Positions 45,480 through 57,209 of a stretch of 64,000 nucleotides of DNA are shown here, one piece after another (positions within the stretch are counted from its first letter, which is position 1; every line of letters begins with the position of its first letter). Below the pieces are notes generated by a model. It was not told where the DNA came from. It was given only the letters and a program-made list of their open reading frames with translations, and searched no databases. The stretch is from Tubiluchus corallicola (Eukaryota > Animalia > Priapulida), in the NCBI GenBank assembly GCA_030141605.1, contig JAQGDQ010000107.1, positions 248,001-312,000 on the forward strand. The letters run 5' to 3'. Made by a program: the position numbers and the translations under genes.

Positions 45480-45703
45480 CTGGTGAGCATTTTTGGATTG
45501 GTTTAATGGACATACACGAGGAGGGTGACTGGAGGTGGTTTGCAACAGGTCGACCTGCCCTTTTTACTTCTTGGGATGTAGCAGATGGCCAACCAGAAAA
45601 TTACGGCGATGGCGAAAGCTGCGCCATCTTGCGGGCAAATGGGAACACGTGGAATGACTTCTCGTGTGATACAGCAAAATTTCCGTATATTTGTGAATTC
45701 TAG
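45480..45703 (+). CDS. C-type lectin domain, terminal exon only
   Basis: After an AG acceptor it reads GEHFWIGLMDIHEEGDWRW..FTSW..GQPEN..ESCAIL..WNDFSCDTAKFPYICEF*, with WIGL, QPx, WND and the C-terminal Cys pattern of a CTLD. Upstream exons were not identified. Confidence 0.8.
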
Positions 45704-45984
45704 GCGACAAGCTAGATTACTTATCACGGAAATCCGAATTTTTGTCTTTTTTTAACTCGTTCACTTCCGTTCTTGAAAAAGTAAAAAAATCGAATCGATA
45801 TAGGCTAATATTAAACATGTTTGTATACTGTTGTTACTGATTTGCATACTGATTGTTAATAAACGAAACTTAGTGTGGATTTTACTGGTATTTGAGGACA
45901 ATTTATACGCATTAGTACATGTTCCTATGTAGCAAGTTTGCAATTCTTGTATATCACGCGCATCTGCTTATACACAATTACGGC

Positions 45985-46213
45985 GTTGAAAATACCGGTT
46001 GTTCAAAACAGGTTGATGACAAGGGTTCTCGTCTGATCACCGAAGTTAAGCAACGAAGAGGCGGGTTAGTACTTGGATGGGTGACCGACAAGGAATACTA
46101 GGTTCAAATCACGTTGAAGACACCGGTTCTCTTCTGATCACCGAAGTTAAGCAACGAAGAGGGGGGTTAGTACTTGGATGGGGGACCAACAAGGAATACC
46201 AGGTGCTGCAGGA
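45985..46213 (+). pseudogene. two tandem 5S-derived fragments (pseudogene or SINE3-like head)
   Basis: ggttctcgtctgatcaccgaagttaagcaacgaagaggcgggttagtacttggatgggtgacc.. occurs twice, on the strand opposite to the array and of a different sequence class. Confidence 0.85.
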
Positions 46214-46216
46214 GTA

Positions 46217-46333
46217 AGTGAGTGAGTGAGTGAGTGAGTGAGTGAGTGAGTGAGTGAGTGAGTGAGTGAGTGAGTGAGTGAGTGAGTGAGTGAGTGAGTG
46301 AGTGAGTGAGTGAGTGAGTGAGTGAGTGAGTGA
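46217..46333. repeat. (AGTG)n microsatellite
   Basis: About 29 perfect units. Confidence 0.97.
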
Positions 46334-46449
46334 GGTAAAGTAAGAGTAACTTTACAGAGATGATCAATCAGTGTTAGTTAATAAAAACTTACACTGCTAA
46401 ACTTACTGTGCAGTAATGACGAATAAAATCAAGCATATTTACAACTATG

Positions 46450-47710
46450 AACAAAAAACGAAAAAAGTATGATTTAATTAATATGGCCGTGGATATATAA
46501 ATTCTGAATTAGTGTGTATGTTGTCGTACTGGTGTGATGATATTTCATATTAGGTTAATATTAGTTATTTTAATTTTGTTTTAAATGCTGATAGGGACTT
46601 GATTTGTTTAACCTGTAATGGTAGAGAATTCCAAAGTAGAATTGCTTGTTTGATTACAGAGTTCGTTCCATAGTGGGTATTTGTCCTAATTTGTTTTAGA
46701 TTGCTTGTTCTGGAATTAACGATTAGACTTGGAAAAAAGGTAAATCTGTTATTCCGGAATGGTTTGCTGATGTTGTTAATGTATTTAAATGTAAAAAGCA
46801 GAGTAAAATATTCTTTGTGTGCTTCAATGATTGGGAATTTTTACGTTTTTCTCAGGTTAGTTGTTGAAGCTTTAAATTTTTGTCTACCTGCCTTACGTTT
46901 GTATGAGTACCCAGCTATTAATCTCAACACATAGTTCTGAAGGAGATTTAATTTTAAGTAATTTTCTCTTTTGGTTTTTTGAAGTAGCGTACATCCATAT
47001 AAGAAGTGTGGTAGAACTAAAGTTTTATATATTAGTGACTTAGTTTCCTTTATTAGCTGCCCTTTAACTTGTCGGAGATATGATGTGCTTGATGCCATTT
47101 TTGTGTATATGTTATTAAAGTGTCATCCCGTGAAAGATTATTGTCTACCTGTATGCCCAGAAATTTATCATTATTAGTTTGTTTGATTACAGCATTATCT
47201 ATTGTCAAAGTGGTTGATGATGCATCATTAGTATTTAATGAGGGTGACAGTATCATGGTTTATGTTTTGTCATTATTCATATTTAGCTTGTAATGACTAA
47301 ATGCCGTATTTATATTTTTTATATCTTTTTCTAAATAAATTTTTGCAGTTTGGATATTTTCATGGGCTATGTAGATTGTAGTGTCATCAGCGTTATTTGT
47401 GAGTGTTGTAATACACTGGATATGTTGTTTATATATAGGCAAAATAATAAAGTAGTAGTGTTCCTTGCGGTATACGTCTGTTTAACGTTGCCCAGTCAGA
47501 AAAGTTGGTTGTATCATTACTCGTTCTTGTCCATCTTTGAGATGATTTTCTATCAGTTTTAACGATATCGAATAAAATCTGATTTGTTTTAAGTTATCGT
47601 AAAGTAGTTCGAGCGTTAATGCTATCGAATGCTTTACTTAAATCCAAAAATGCCGCTAAAATGTATTGCTTGTTGTCTAAACTATGTCTCCAATTTTCTG
47701 TTGAGCACAA
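46450..47710 (-). mobile_element. decayed LINE (L2/CR1-group) reverse transcriptase fragment
   Basis: Frameshifted pieces read ADDTTIY..LNMNNDKT, KFLGIQVDNNL and LIYKTLVLPHFLYG..LQNYVLRLI. Confidence 0.82.
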
Positions 47711-48981
47711 TTAACTACAAATCACTTACCCCCTGTACCCTTCAAGTTTTTTTAGGGAAAATAATTATCAGTATCAACAAAACACATGCATTCAAATAAA
47801 AGGCGTTTTTCCAACCTTCCACTAACGTTAATTTACACTGGTAATGCACAGAGACGTCATTGTTTTTCTGTTTGTTTCATATTCAGTAACTGCCTTGCTA
47901 GGGCTTTAAATTACATGCGCGGTCTCTCAGGACAGAAAACAACACTTTTATTTTGATGGGTGACAGAAGGTTGTTCGTTAAAAATCCGGCTGCTACTGCT
48001 GCTGCTGACTTCAGGTATCTGTGATTAAGAGCTTGACTCTCATGGTCACCAGCCGATGGAAGTATTTAAGGCGTGATGAGACCGGTGTTGCTACCATACG
48101 CCTGTCGTCTGTGGTACCACACGAATCTCAACTCAACTTATAATTGTAAGTATTTTTTACTATTACTAAAGTAAGCATTTTGAAGTTTTAGTATATGACC
48201 TAGTCATCTTACGAACTGCGTTTTTTATCGTTACAAACGGCAACTTTTTTTAAAATGTTTGAAAGATTTCTTGGTAATACATTCAGTGGTATTTTTTGAA
48301 GAGTAAACTTACAAGATGTTTCGTTTTATCTTAACATTTACGACAAACTTTATCTACAATATAGGAGTAGCAAGATTGAGACGAAATTATTTTACATTTT
48401 GAAACGTACGAGTCAGTAAGGGAAACTGTTTGAAAACGTAAAATGTACATACCTATCCCCGTTTTTGTCTCTTTTAGCTTTTCGAGTTTGTTTAATTTTT
48501 GCTAAGAAGGAAATTTAGCACAAATGTCTTAATTTATTGCAAATTTTACATAATACGTTTACCTCTAAGCCATCAAAATATTGAACGTATCAAAATTCTG
48601 TTTTAAACGGTTTCCGCTACTAAACCGGCATAATCTAAACTTAATCCAGGCGTTCATTGATGCTTCACAGTCTTTTTGCGACTGCTTAACTTTGGCTACC
48701 AAAGAAATTTAGCACAAACTGACTAATTGTCTTCTTTTTTGCGAAATTTAGTATAATACATGTTGTACTAATACATGTATCAAACACTTTATTTAACCCT
48801 TGATCAGCATTAGGTGAGTTTTCATCACTTTTGATTGCAGTCTCTTCACCAAACAACATTGATCATTAGAGCATTGTCAGTTTTATGCTAAAATAATTTG
48901 GAAAATGACAATTATTGATTTTTTATCGAATGCCCATTCAAGTTCTAGTTTGTTAATTAAATATTTTTTCTTGTTAGGAAA

Positions 48982-49933
48982 ATGAAGATCACTCTAGCTT
49001 TCCTCCTTGCCGTTTTGGTAAGTCGTCTATGGACGGAATTTCACAATTTAGCCAATTGTTCATGTTCGAGTACCACACCTAGTTAATTTACATTCACGTT
49101 TCTATTTAATACAACGTAGCCTTTACTGCATCAATCAAAGTACGTCGACACATGTACTTGGCATTGGTTTGTGTTAGCCAACAACATTTCAGTCAAACTA
49201 TTTAATTACATTTGGAGACAAAAGAAGTTAAAAGAACAAGAAGTTTTTATTTGTATAACAGTTTCATTGATAATACATTTGTACAACAGTTTCATTGATA
49301 AGTTCATTTGTACAACAGTTTCATTGATAAGTTCATTTGTACAACAGTTTCATTGATAAGTACATTTGTACAACAGTTTCATTGATAGTTCATTTGTACA
49401 ACAGTTTCATTGATAAGTTTATTTGTACAACAGTTTCATTGATAAGTACATTTGTACAACAGTTTCATTGATAAGTTTATTTGTACAACAGTTTCATTGA
49501 TAAGTACATTTGTACAACAGTTTCATTGATAGTTCATTTGTACAACAGTTTCATTGATAGTTCATTTGTACAACAGTTTCATTGATAAGTTCACGTGTAC
49601 AACAGTTTCATTGATAAGTTCATTTGTACAACAGTTTCATTGATAATACATTTGTAGGTTGCTGTAGTCAGTGCCAGCGGATTTTATGGTGGCAGCTACG
49701 GACGAGGCTTGGGCTATGGACGTGGCCTTGGCTATGGACGTGGATTAGGTTACGGATATGGAAGTGGATACGGTGGATTTGGTGGATATGGCGGTGGTTA
49801 CTACGGACGTGGATATGGTGGATTTGGTGGATATGGTGGATATGGCCGTGGTTACTACGGACGTGGATACGGTGGACTTGGTGGCTACGGACGTGTATCT
49901 TATGGCCGTGGATACGGTGGTGGTTTCTGGTAA
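48982..49933 (+). CDS. small secreted Gly/Tyr/Arg-rich protein (103 aa); coding exons 48982-49017, 49658-49933
   Basis: Signal peptide MKITLAFLLAVL|VAVVSA split by a phase-0 GT-AG intron, then SGFYGGSYGRGLGYGRG..GGFGGYGGGYYGRGYGG..GGGFW*. A TATA-like TATTTAA (~48063) and a probable non-coding exon ending at about 48145 lie upstream. Confidence 0.88.
49248..49655. repeat. 28-29-bp minisatellite, about 14 copies
   Basis: Unit tttgtacaacagtttcattgataagttca, ending at the splice acceptor. Confidence 0.93.
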
Positions 49934-51428
49934 ATCCTGTGATTCCCAAGTTGAACATAGATTGAACATTCTTTTTACAATACTTCTACAGTTATGGACA
50001 GTAGAATAGTTCTTCAACAGATCCGGAGTCCATCCGTGCTTGACGTAGATCCACTTCTCCTTGATATATCCACGTTTGTTTCAGATCCACTTGTAGCTGT
50101 TATATTTCAGACTGCCTTTTCAATGTTTTTCTAATGTAAAAGATGTAAATGCTAGTCTAAGTTATCTTTACTATATCTGTATGTGAAGGTAAAATATTCC
50201 CTTGTTTCGATTCGAGTCGTTTTGAGGATTCTCCATACAAAGAAAATAAATTAAAAGTTAATCGCTGCACGTTTATCATGAGACGTTAAAAATAGAAATC
50301 TAAATCGGTTGTGTATAATTCTGAAACTCTTCTTTGTGAGAAATAAATTTTTGTAAAAAAGAACAGCAAAATTGTCAATATGATAATTGTTATATTATAT
50401 TAACATTATAATATATTAACAATAAGTTCTACAGTTAATAGAAATTAATGAAAAGTAAAGTACAAATAGCACAAATAACTATAAAAATGTGAACTAAGGT
50501 TTGTATGCAAATGCAAACATAAGCAGCTAAATTTAGTAAAGGTACAAAGCTTACAAAGTAATAACATAAAGACGTACATGATTTTTATATTGAAGACCAG
50601 ATAATACACAGAAATCTGTTACATGGAAAACAGCTATACAAGGGACAAAGAGCGAAATCACGAACACAATTGACTAATTACATTAATGGAACACATGTAA
50701 TGCCTTATATCTGAGAAATATCCCAACAATATCAAGCGGCAAAATACAGTTAACGCGAAAGTGTCATGGAAACAAATTAAACTTGAAAATTAATCAGTCA
50801 AATAAAAGAAAACACACAATCAACTCACTACTCTGCAAAGCACCTAAAAAGCTTTCCAAGTAAGCAAGCTAGGAGACATGCATCCAGTGTACAACACGAC
50901 AAGCACATTCAGAACTACACCTACTTCTCAATCAGTCAACCAACCAATCGGTTGTCTGAACAACCGACTTACTCACCAAACAACCAATCAACCAATGTCT
51001 GACAGCTAGTATGCCACCCAACCAACCAATCAAGCAGAGAACAAAGAACAGACAGAGAAACTGTTTATCAGACAACAATTATACAAGGAAGTAATGGAAA
51101 AACAGGCGAATATGTGGGATTGTAATCACAGCATATGTCACAAAGCAACTACATTATAGCAATTACTGAAGTTAATTAGCTAAGTCTCTTGGTGTAACCG
51201 AAGGTCTTTAATGCAGCTAATCGCATTGATTCTAAGCTTTTTTCTGTGTAATTTTCTGAGCTGCTGATAATTCGTCGAAGTCTGCAGCATCTTGCAGTGG
51301 ACTTTGGTTGCATGAATCCGTAATTTTTTGCAAAAAATCCATGCCACGATTTTTCTCCATTGTTTTTGCTGACAATGGCAGTAAATGACCTTTTACTTTT
51401 AAGTATACGAAGTCTTGGTTTTAAAGCT

Positions 51429-52200
51429 CAATAGTGCACAGTAGACAATAGTGCACTGTAGACAATAGTGCACGGTAGACAATAGTGCACGGTAGACAAT
51501 AGTGCACAGTAGACAAGAGTTCACTGTAGACAATAGTGCACAGTAGACAATAGTGCACAGTAGACAAGAGTGCACAGTAGACAAGAGTGCACTGTAGACA
51601 ATAGTGCACAGTAGACAAGAGTTCACTGTAGACAAGAGTGCACAGTAGACAATAGTGCACAGTAGACAATAGTGCATGGTAGACAATAGTGCACGGTAGA
51701 CAATAGTGCACAGTAGACAAGAGTTCACTGTAGACAATAGTGCACAGTAGACAATAGTGCACAGTAGACAAGAGTGCACAGTAGACAAGAGTGCACTGTA
51801 GACAATAGTGCACAGTAGACAAGAGTTCACTGTAGACAATAGTGCACAGTAGACAATAGTGCACAGTAGACAAGAGTGCACAGTAGACAAGAGTGCACTG
51901 TAGACAATAGTGCACAGTAGACAATAGTGCACAGTAGACAATAGTGCACAGTAGACAAGAGTGCACAGTAGACAAGAGTGCACTGTAGACAATAGTGCAC
52001 AGTAGACAATAGTGCACTGTAGACAATAGTGCACAGTAGACAAGAGTGCACAGTAGACAAGAGTGCACTGTAGACAATAGTGCACTGTAGACAATAGTGC
52101 ACTGTAGACAAGAGTACACTGTAGACAAGGGTGCACTGTAGACAATAGTGCACAGTAGACAAGAGTGCACTGTAGACAAGAGTGCACTGTAGACAATAGT
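51429..52200. repeat. 17-bp minisatellite, about 45 copies
   Basis: Unit gtagacaa(t/g)agtgcac(a/t). Confidence 0.97.
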
Positions 52201-52264
52201 CTACATTGCTTAACTTCGGTGATCAGACGATTACTGGTGTATTCAATGTGATATGGCCGTAGAC
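52200..52264 (-). pseudogene. 3'-truncated 5S rRNA gene (first ~65 nt)
   Basis: The 5S 5' half ends abruptly at the 17-bp minisatellite. Confidence 0.88.
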
Positions 52265-53102
52265 ATTAGGAGTTTCTTAAGACGAGTTAACATAGAAATG
52301 ATGTACATGAACAAGCAAACCTTTTTAGTATTGTAATGCAAAGTATAAATAAAAATATAACATGAAATTATAAAGTATCAGGGAGGTTGAAATACCGAGC
52401 TCAAGTATATTACCTTCTAAATATGACATAATTAAACATGAGAATGATCAAGCATGAACAAGCAAAAATATTCTTCATTTAAAAATATTTGTCAGAACAA
52501 AAATCCATTTTTGAGTGGTGAAGAAGATCTTACAGCATTTTTCATCACCCTTCCTGACCATTTAAAAAAGTCTAAGCACCAAGTTAAGAAGTTACCAGCA
52601 TCAGCAGTCGCCGGGCAGTCACCCATTCAAACGCAAAACCAAACCAGGTTCGAGGTTGCTTAACTTCTGCATTTCGTTAAAAAGAGATAATATAGAAACA
52701 GTAGATAGATTACGGTGAACGTAGTAACAAAGTACCTGTTTTGATTTTTTATGAAAATCAAAAATCAGTTTTGAAGGGCAGTGGCTGATTTTCTACGCAT
52801 ACTACGATTACTACGATTTCCAAGCATAACAAAGTACCTGTTTTGATTTTTTATGAAAATCAAAAATCATTTTTGAAGGGCAGTGGCTGATTTTCTAGTT
52901 TATTTTCATTTTTCCTTACCTTGTGTAACATTCGAGAAACGTAACAAATAGATAGTTTTTCACATTAAAATGCAAAAAAATAAAAATCAACGTAAGGTCG
53001 AGACAGACATTTATTTCCACCACTTCAACTTCCAAAAATCAAAGACAATCTAAAGTGTTCGTGTTGTGCACACACTTCGCTAGATAATTGTCAATCACTA
53101 AA

Positions 53103-53222
53103 AAGACTACAGCACGTGGTATTCCTAGGCGGTCACCCATCCAAGTACTAACCACGCTCTACATTGCTTAACTTCGGTGATCAGACGAGAACCGGTGTAT
53201 TCAATGTGATATGGCCGTAGAC
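53103..53222 (-). rRNA. 5S rRNA: 5S rRNA gene
   Basis: 120-nt copy with intact A/IE/C boxes and a T-run terminator. Confidence 0.95.
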
Positions 53223-53551
53223 ATTAGCAGTTTCTTAAGACGAGTTAACATAGAAATGATGTACATGAACAGCAAATATTTCTAGTATTGTAATGCAAAG
53301 TATAAATAAAAATATCACATGAAATTGTAAAGTATCAGGGAGGTGGAAATACCGTGCTCAAGTATATTGCCTTTTAAATATGACATAATTTACAAGTCCT
53401 GGGCAGTCACCCATTCAAACGCAAAACCAGGTTCGAGGTTGCTCAACTTCTGCATTTTGTTACAGACAGATAACGTAGAAATAATGGATAGATTAAGCGA
53501 AACACAAGAACAAGGTAAACTGTTTTGATTTTTTTTTATAAAAATCAAAAA

Positions 53552-55621
53552 TCATCTTTGGGGGATACCAACCAGTAGATGAATTTCTCGTGGATTGCCA
53601 CAAAGAATCTCTGGGTCACCTAGGATCATGCCCTTTAAGTCTCCTAACCAATCACCCTCAGAACATGCCGGAAAGGGTCTCACTAGTTTATCTTGGGTGG
53701 TGGCATTAAAGGTCACAATTTTTCCTGTATTTGTTCGAAGTTTAGCACGAACAATGTGGCATTTCTGTTGCGGTGTGCTAAGTCCACCCATAATAGCTAA
53801 CGAAAGATTACGCTCGCCTATAATTTCGCAACCTGCTCGCTCTGCAACATCACACAAAATAAGAGAGGTAGTGGCACCAGGATTTATAAAAACACGAATA
53901 GGAATTGACGATTTGGTATCTTCCAAAACAGCAGTCGCAGTCATTAAGAACACAACATTCGTACAAAAAGACTGTAAATGAACTGATGGAACATCAACAC
54001 TTGCATCAGAAGTATTTGAACCTCTTTTAACATAAGGACTCACCTGGAAGCAGCCAGCAATTGAATTGCACAATAAATAATGATGCCATTTACTACATCG
54101 GTTGCATGGAGGTTTACGGCAAGTATCAGCTCTGTGGTTTAAACCAAGACACAAAAAACAACGGTGCTGCTCAGCAACCTTCTGTTTTCGCTCTTGCAAA
54201 GTCTTAGTAGGAAGAGACGCACAATCAAGCCACATATGTTGAGCTCTGCCACAAAATAAACAATGGGAATTCTTTGAAGCTGTAGGCGCATTTTTGGTGT
54301 TTCCACAAAAATCACTAGACTGAAGAAGAGAAACTGAATCTAGGGTGCTCCTCACACCTAAATTCTTATACCCAGCACGACGACTAAATTCACCAGACTC
54401 TCTATGGCGAGTATATGAAGCAGCCTTTCGTCTAATATCAACTTCGCTTTTCATGAACTGTCGAAATTTTTCAAAGCATGTTGTGTCATCTTCACGCTGT
54501 CATCTTCACGCCTTCTCATTCACTCCCATTCAACACGCCAAGCATATGGAATTTTTGCTAGAAAGAGAGGTTTTAGGGTTTTACCTAATTCTTCTGTACT
54601 AAGTCCCATTGCACTGAGGCCTCTTATAACAACTTCAAGCTCATCTACAAAACTTCCTTGTGCTTCAATATTTTTCGAATCGGTGATGGGCTTTAACTGC
54701 CACAGTTTTTTTAACAATGACATCTCGATTGCGTCTTTATCACCAAATCTCTCCTTTAACAAAGAAACAGCTTCCTTATAATTGCCATCTACAGGCTGCA
54801 GGCCATCTATCACATGAGCAGCTTCACCTTTAAGTAAGCTCTTTAAGTAAACAAGTTTATGAACGTCTGGTACAGGTTTAGCATCCACAGAGGCAACGAA
54901 CATGTCCCAAAATTCGTAAAACTTCAATGGGTCACCACTGAAAGTTGGCAGTTGCAATTTAGGTAGTTTTATGTTGGTGACTTCTGCACCGACTACATTA
55001 TTAGTTGGTAAATTCGCTGCACTTTCACTACGTGCTAAATCACAGTTATTCACTCGTCGCAAGACAAAATCATTATCACTTGCATGTCGCTGGAAATCAC
55101 TAGGACTACATGGTCTTGAATCTGGTTTTAGCAAACTTAGTGCCTGAGCAGAAATTAATTCCGCTGTGTTGATTAATTCACTTGCCTCTATAATCGCTTG
55201 TTCAAGTTCTTCACCTTCTAAATAATCTTCTAACTACACTTCTGTTTCATTAAAGGTGGCAATATATTTTCCAAGGTTCTCTAATTTTTGCTGAACAAAC
55301 ACAAAGTTAGGCGTTTCACTAGACATCGCCTCTTTTAGTAATTTTATGCCAGTCTTCACCCAACCCTTGGATCTACTTCTAGAGTGTTTAATTTTATCAC
55401 ACTCAGCCATACTCATCTAAAGGTCTCTTTTCCCGGCAGTTCCGTACCAAAATATAAATACAATCACGGATAAGTTCCAATTATTTAATACAAAAAGATT
55501 TATTTAAAACTGTAAATTGTTTATCACGCATAAAATCGAATTTTGCCACTGGAACAAAAATGGCGCACACATGTGGAACAAAAAAACACAATATGCAAAA
55601 TCTTCGTGACATAGTTTTACA
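53552..55621 (-). mobile_element. decayed BEL/Pao LTR retrotransposon (5' LTR, PBS, gag, protease; remainder deleted)
   Basis: KLPKLQLPTFSGDPLKFYEFWDMF..KLVYLKSLLKGEAA..LLKERFG (DUF1759-type gag), three Cys/His knuckles and a protease-like IRVFINPGATTSLI. An LTR-like TGTAAAAC.. segment (~55453-55621) is followed by TGGTACGG (PBS-like). There are stops at 55234 and 54520 and a 14-bp frameshifting duplication at about 54484-54511. Confidence 0.9.
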
Positions 55622-55974
55622 AAAATATCTGTCAGAACAAAAATCCATTTTTGAGTGTTGAAGAAGATTTTACAGCTTTTGTCAGAACCCTTCCCGTCCA
55701 TTTAAAAAAATGTAAGCCAAGGGCAGTCACCCATTCAAACACAAAACCAAACCAGGTTCCAGGTTGCTTAACTTCTGTATTTCGTTGAAAAGAGATAATA
55801 TAGAAATAATAGATAGATTAAGGTGAACGTAGGAACAAAGTATCTGTTTTGATTTTTTATGAAAATCAAAAATAATTTTTGAAGGGCAGTGGCTGATTTT
55901 CTAGTTTTATTTTCATTTTTCTTCACATTGTGTAATATTCGAGAAACGTAGCAAATAGATAGTTTTTGACATTA

Positions 55975-56223
55975 TCCGACATACGAACACGATGATACTT
56001 ACTCAAATCATAATTTCATTTTTCCTAGACCTTACTAAACTAGTTTATATTTTATTTTTTGAATTTCTAGTTGCACTTATAGTTTAGCTTGCACCAGACG
56101 CATTTGCCTAGAACAGTGTATGTTTTTTATATGGACTAACACTGATTGTCTGTCTTTTAATATGATGGTCAATGTTTTATAATGGCGAATAAAGATTTTA
56201 CTACTACTACTACTACTACTACT
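55975..56223 (+). mobile_element. 5'-truncated non-LTR retroelement insertion in the 5S spacer
   Basis: It ends AATAAA plus a (TAC)n tail and is flanked by an 18-bp TSD agatagtttt(t/a)gacatta (55957-55974, 56224-56241). It is absent from the other spacer copies. Confidence 0.85.
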
Positions 56224-56386
56224 AGATAGTTTTAGACATTAAAATGCAAAGCAAATAAAAATCAACATAATGTCGAGACAGACACTTATTCCCACCACTT
56301 CGACTTCCAAAAATCAAAAACAATACTGTTAAAATGAAACGGTCGTGTTGTGCACACACTTCGATAGATAATAGTCACTAGCTAAA

Positions 56387-56506
56387 AAGTCTACAGCACG
56401 TGGTATTCCTAGGCGGTCACCCATCCAAGTACTAACCACGCTTTACATTGCTTAACTTCGGTGATCAGACGAGAACCGGTGTTTTCAATGTGATATGGCA
56501 GTAGAC
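56387..56506 (-). rRNA. 5S rRNA: 5S rRNA gene
   Basis: 120-nt copy with a few substitutions and a T-run terminator. Confidence 0.93.
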
Positions 56507-57209
56507 ATTAACAGTTTCTTAAGATGAGTTAACATAGAAATGATGTACATGAACAAGTAAACCTTTTTAGCATTTTAATGCAAAGTATAAACAGAAATAT
56601 CACATGAAATTATAAAATGTCAGGGAGGTTGAATACCGTGCTTAAGTATATTACCTTCTAGATATGACATAATTAAACATGGGAATGATCAAGCATGAAC
56701 AAGCAAAAAGATTCTTCATTTAAAAATATTTGTCAGAACAAAAATCCATTTTTGAGTGGTGAAAAAGATCTTACAGCATTTGTCATCACCCTTCCTGATC
56801 ATTTAGAAAAATGTAAGTACCGGGCAGTCACCCATTCAAACGCAAAACCAGGTTTGAGGTTGCTTAACTTCTGCATTTTGTTATAGACAGATAATATAGA
56901 AATAATAGATAGATGAAGGTGAACGTAGTAACAAAGTATCTGTTTTGATTTTTTATGAAAATCAAAAATCATTTTTGAAGGACAGTGGCTGATTTTCTAG
57001 TTTTATTTTCATTTTTCCTTACTTTGTATAATATTGGAGAAATGCAACAAGTAGATAGTCTTTCACATTAAAATGCAAAAAAAATCAACATAATGTCGAG
57101 ACAGACATTTATTTTCACCACTTCAACTTCCAAAAATCAAAAACAATACTGTCAAAATGAAACGGTCGTGTTGTGCACACACTTTGATAGTTAATAGTCA
57201 CTAGCTAAA

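Noticed and set aside
51399-52196. Cys-rich 250-aa ORFs
   Set aside because: Three-frame translations of the 17-bp minisatellite.
43414-56886. Recurrent short ORF MNKQ..NKNPFLS..LPDHL in the 5S spacers
   Set aside because: It recurs only because the spacer is repeated; its length and frame vary between copies and it has no recognisable domain.
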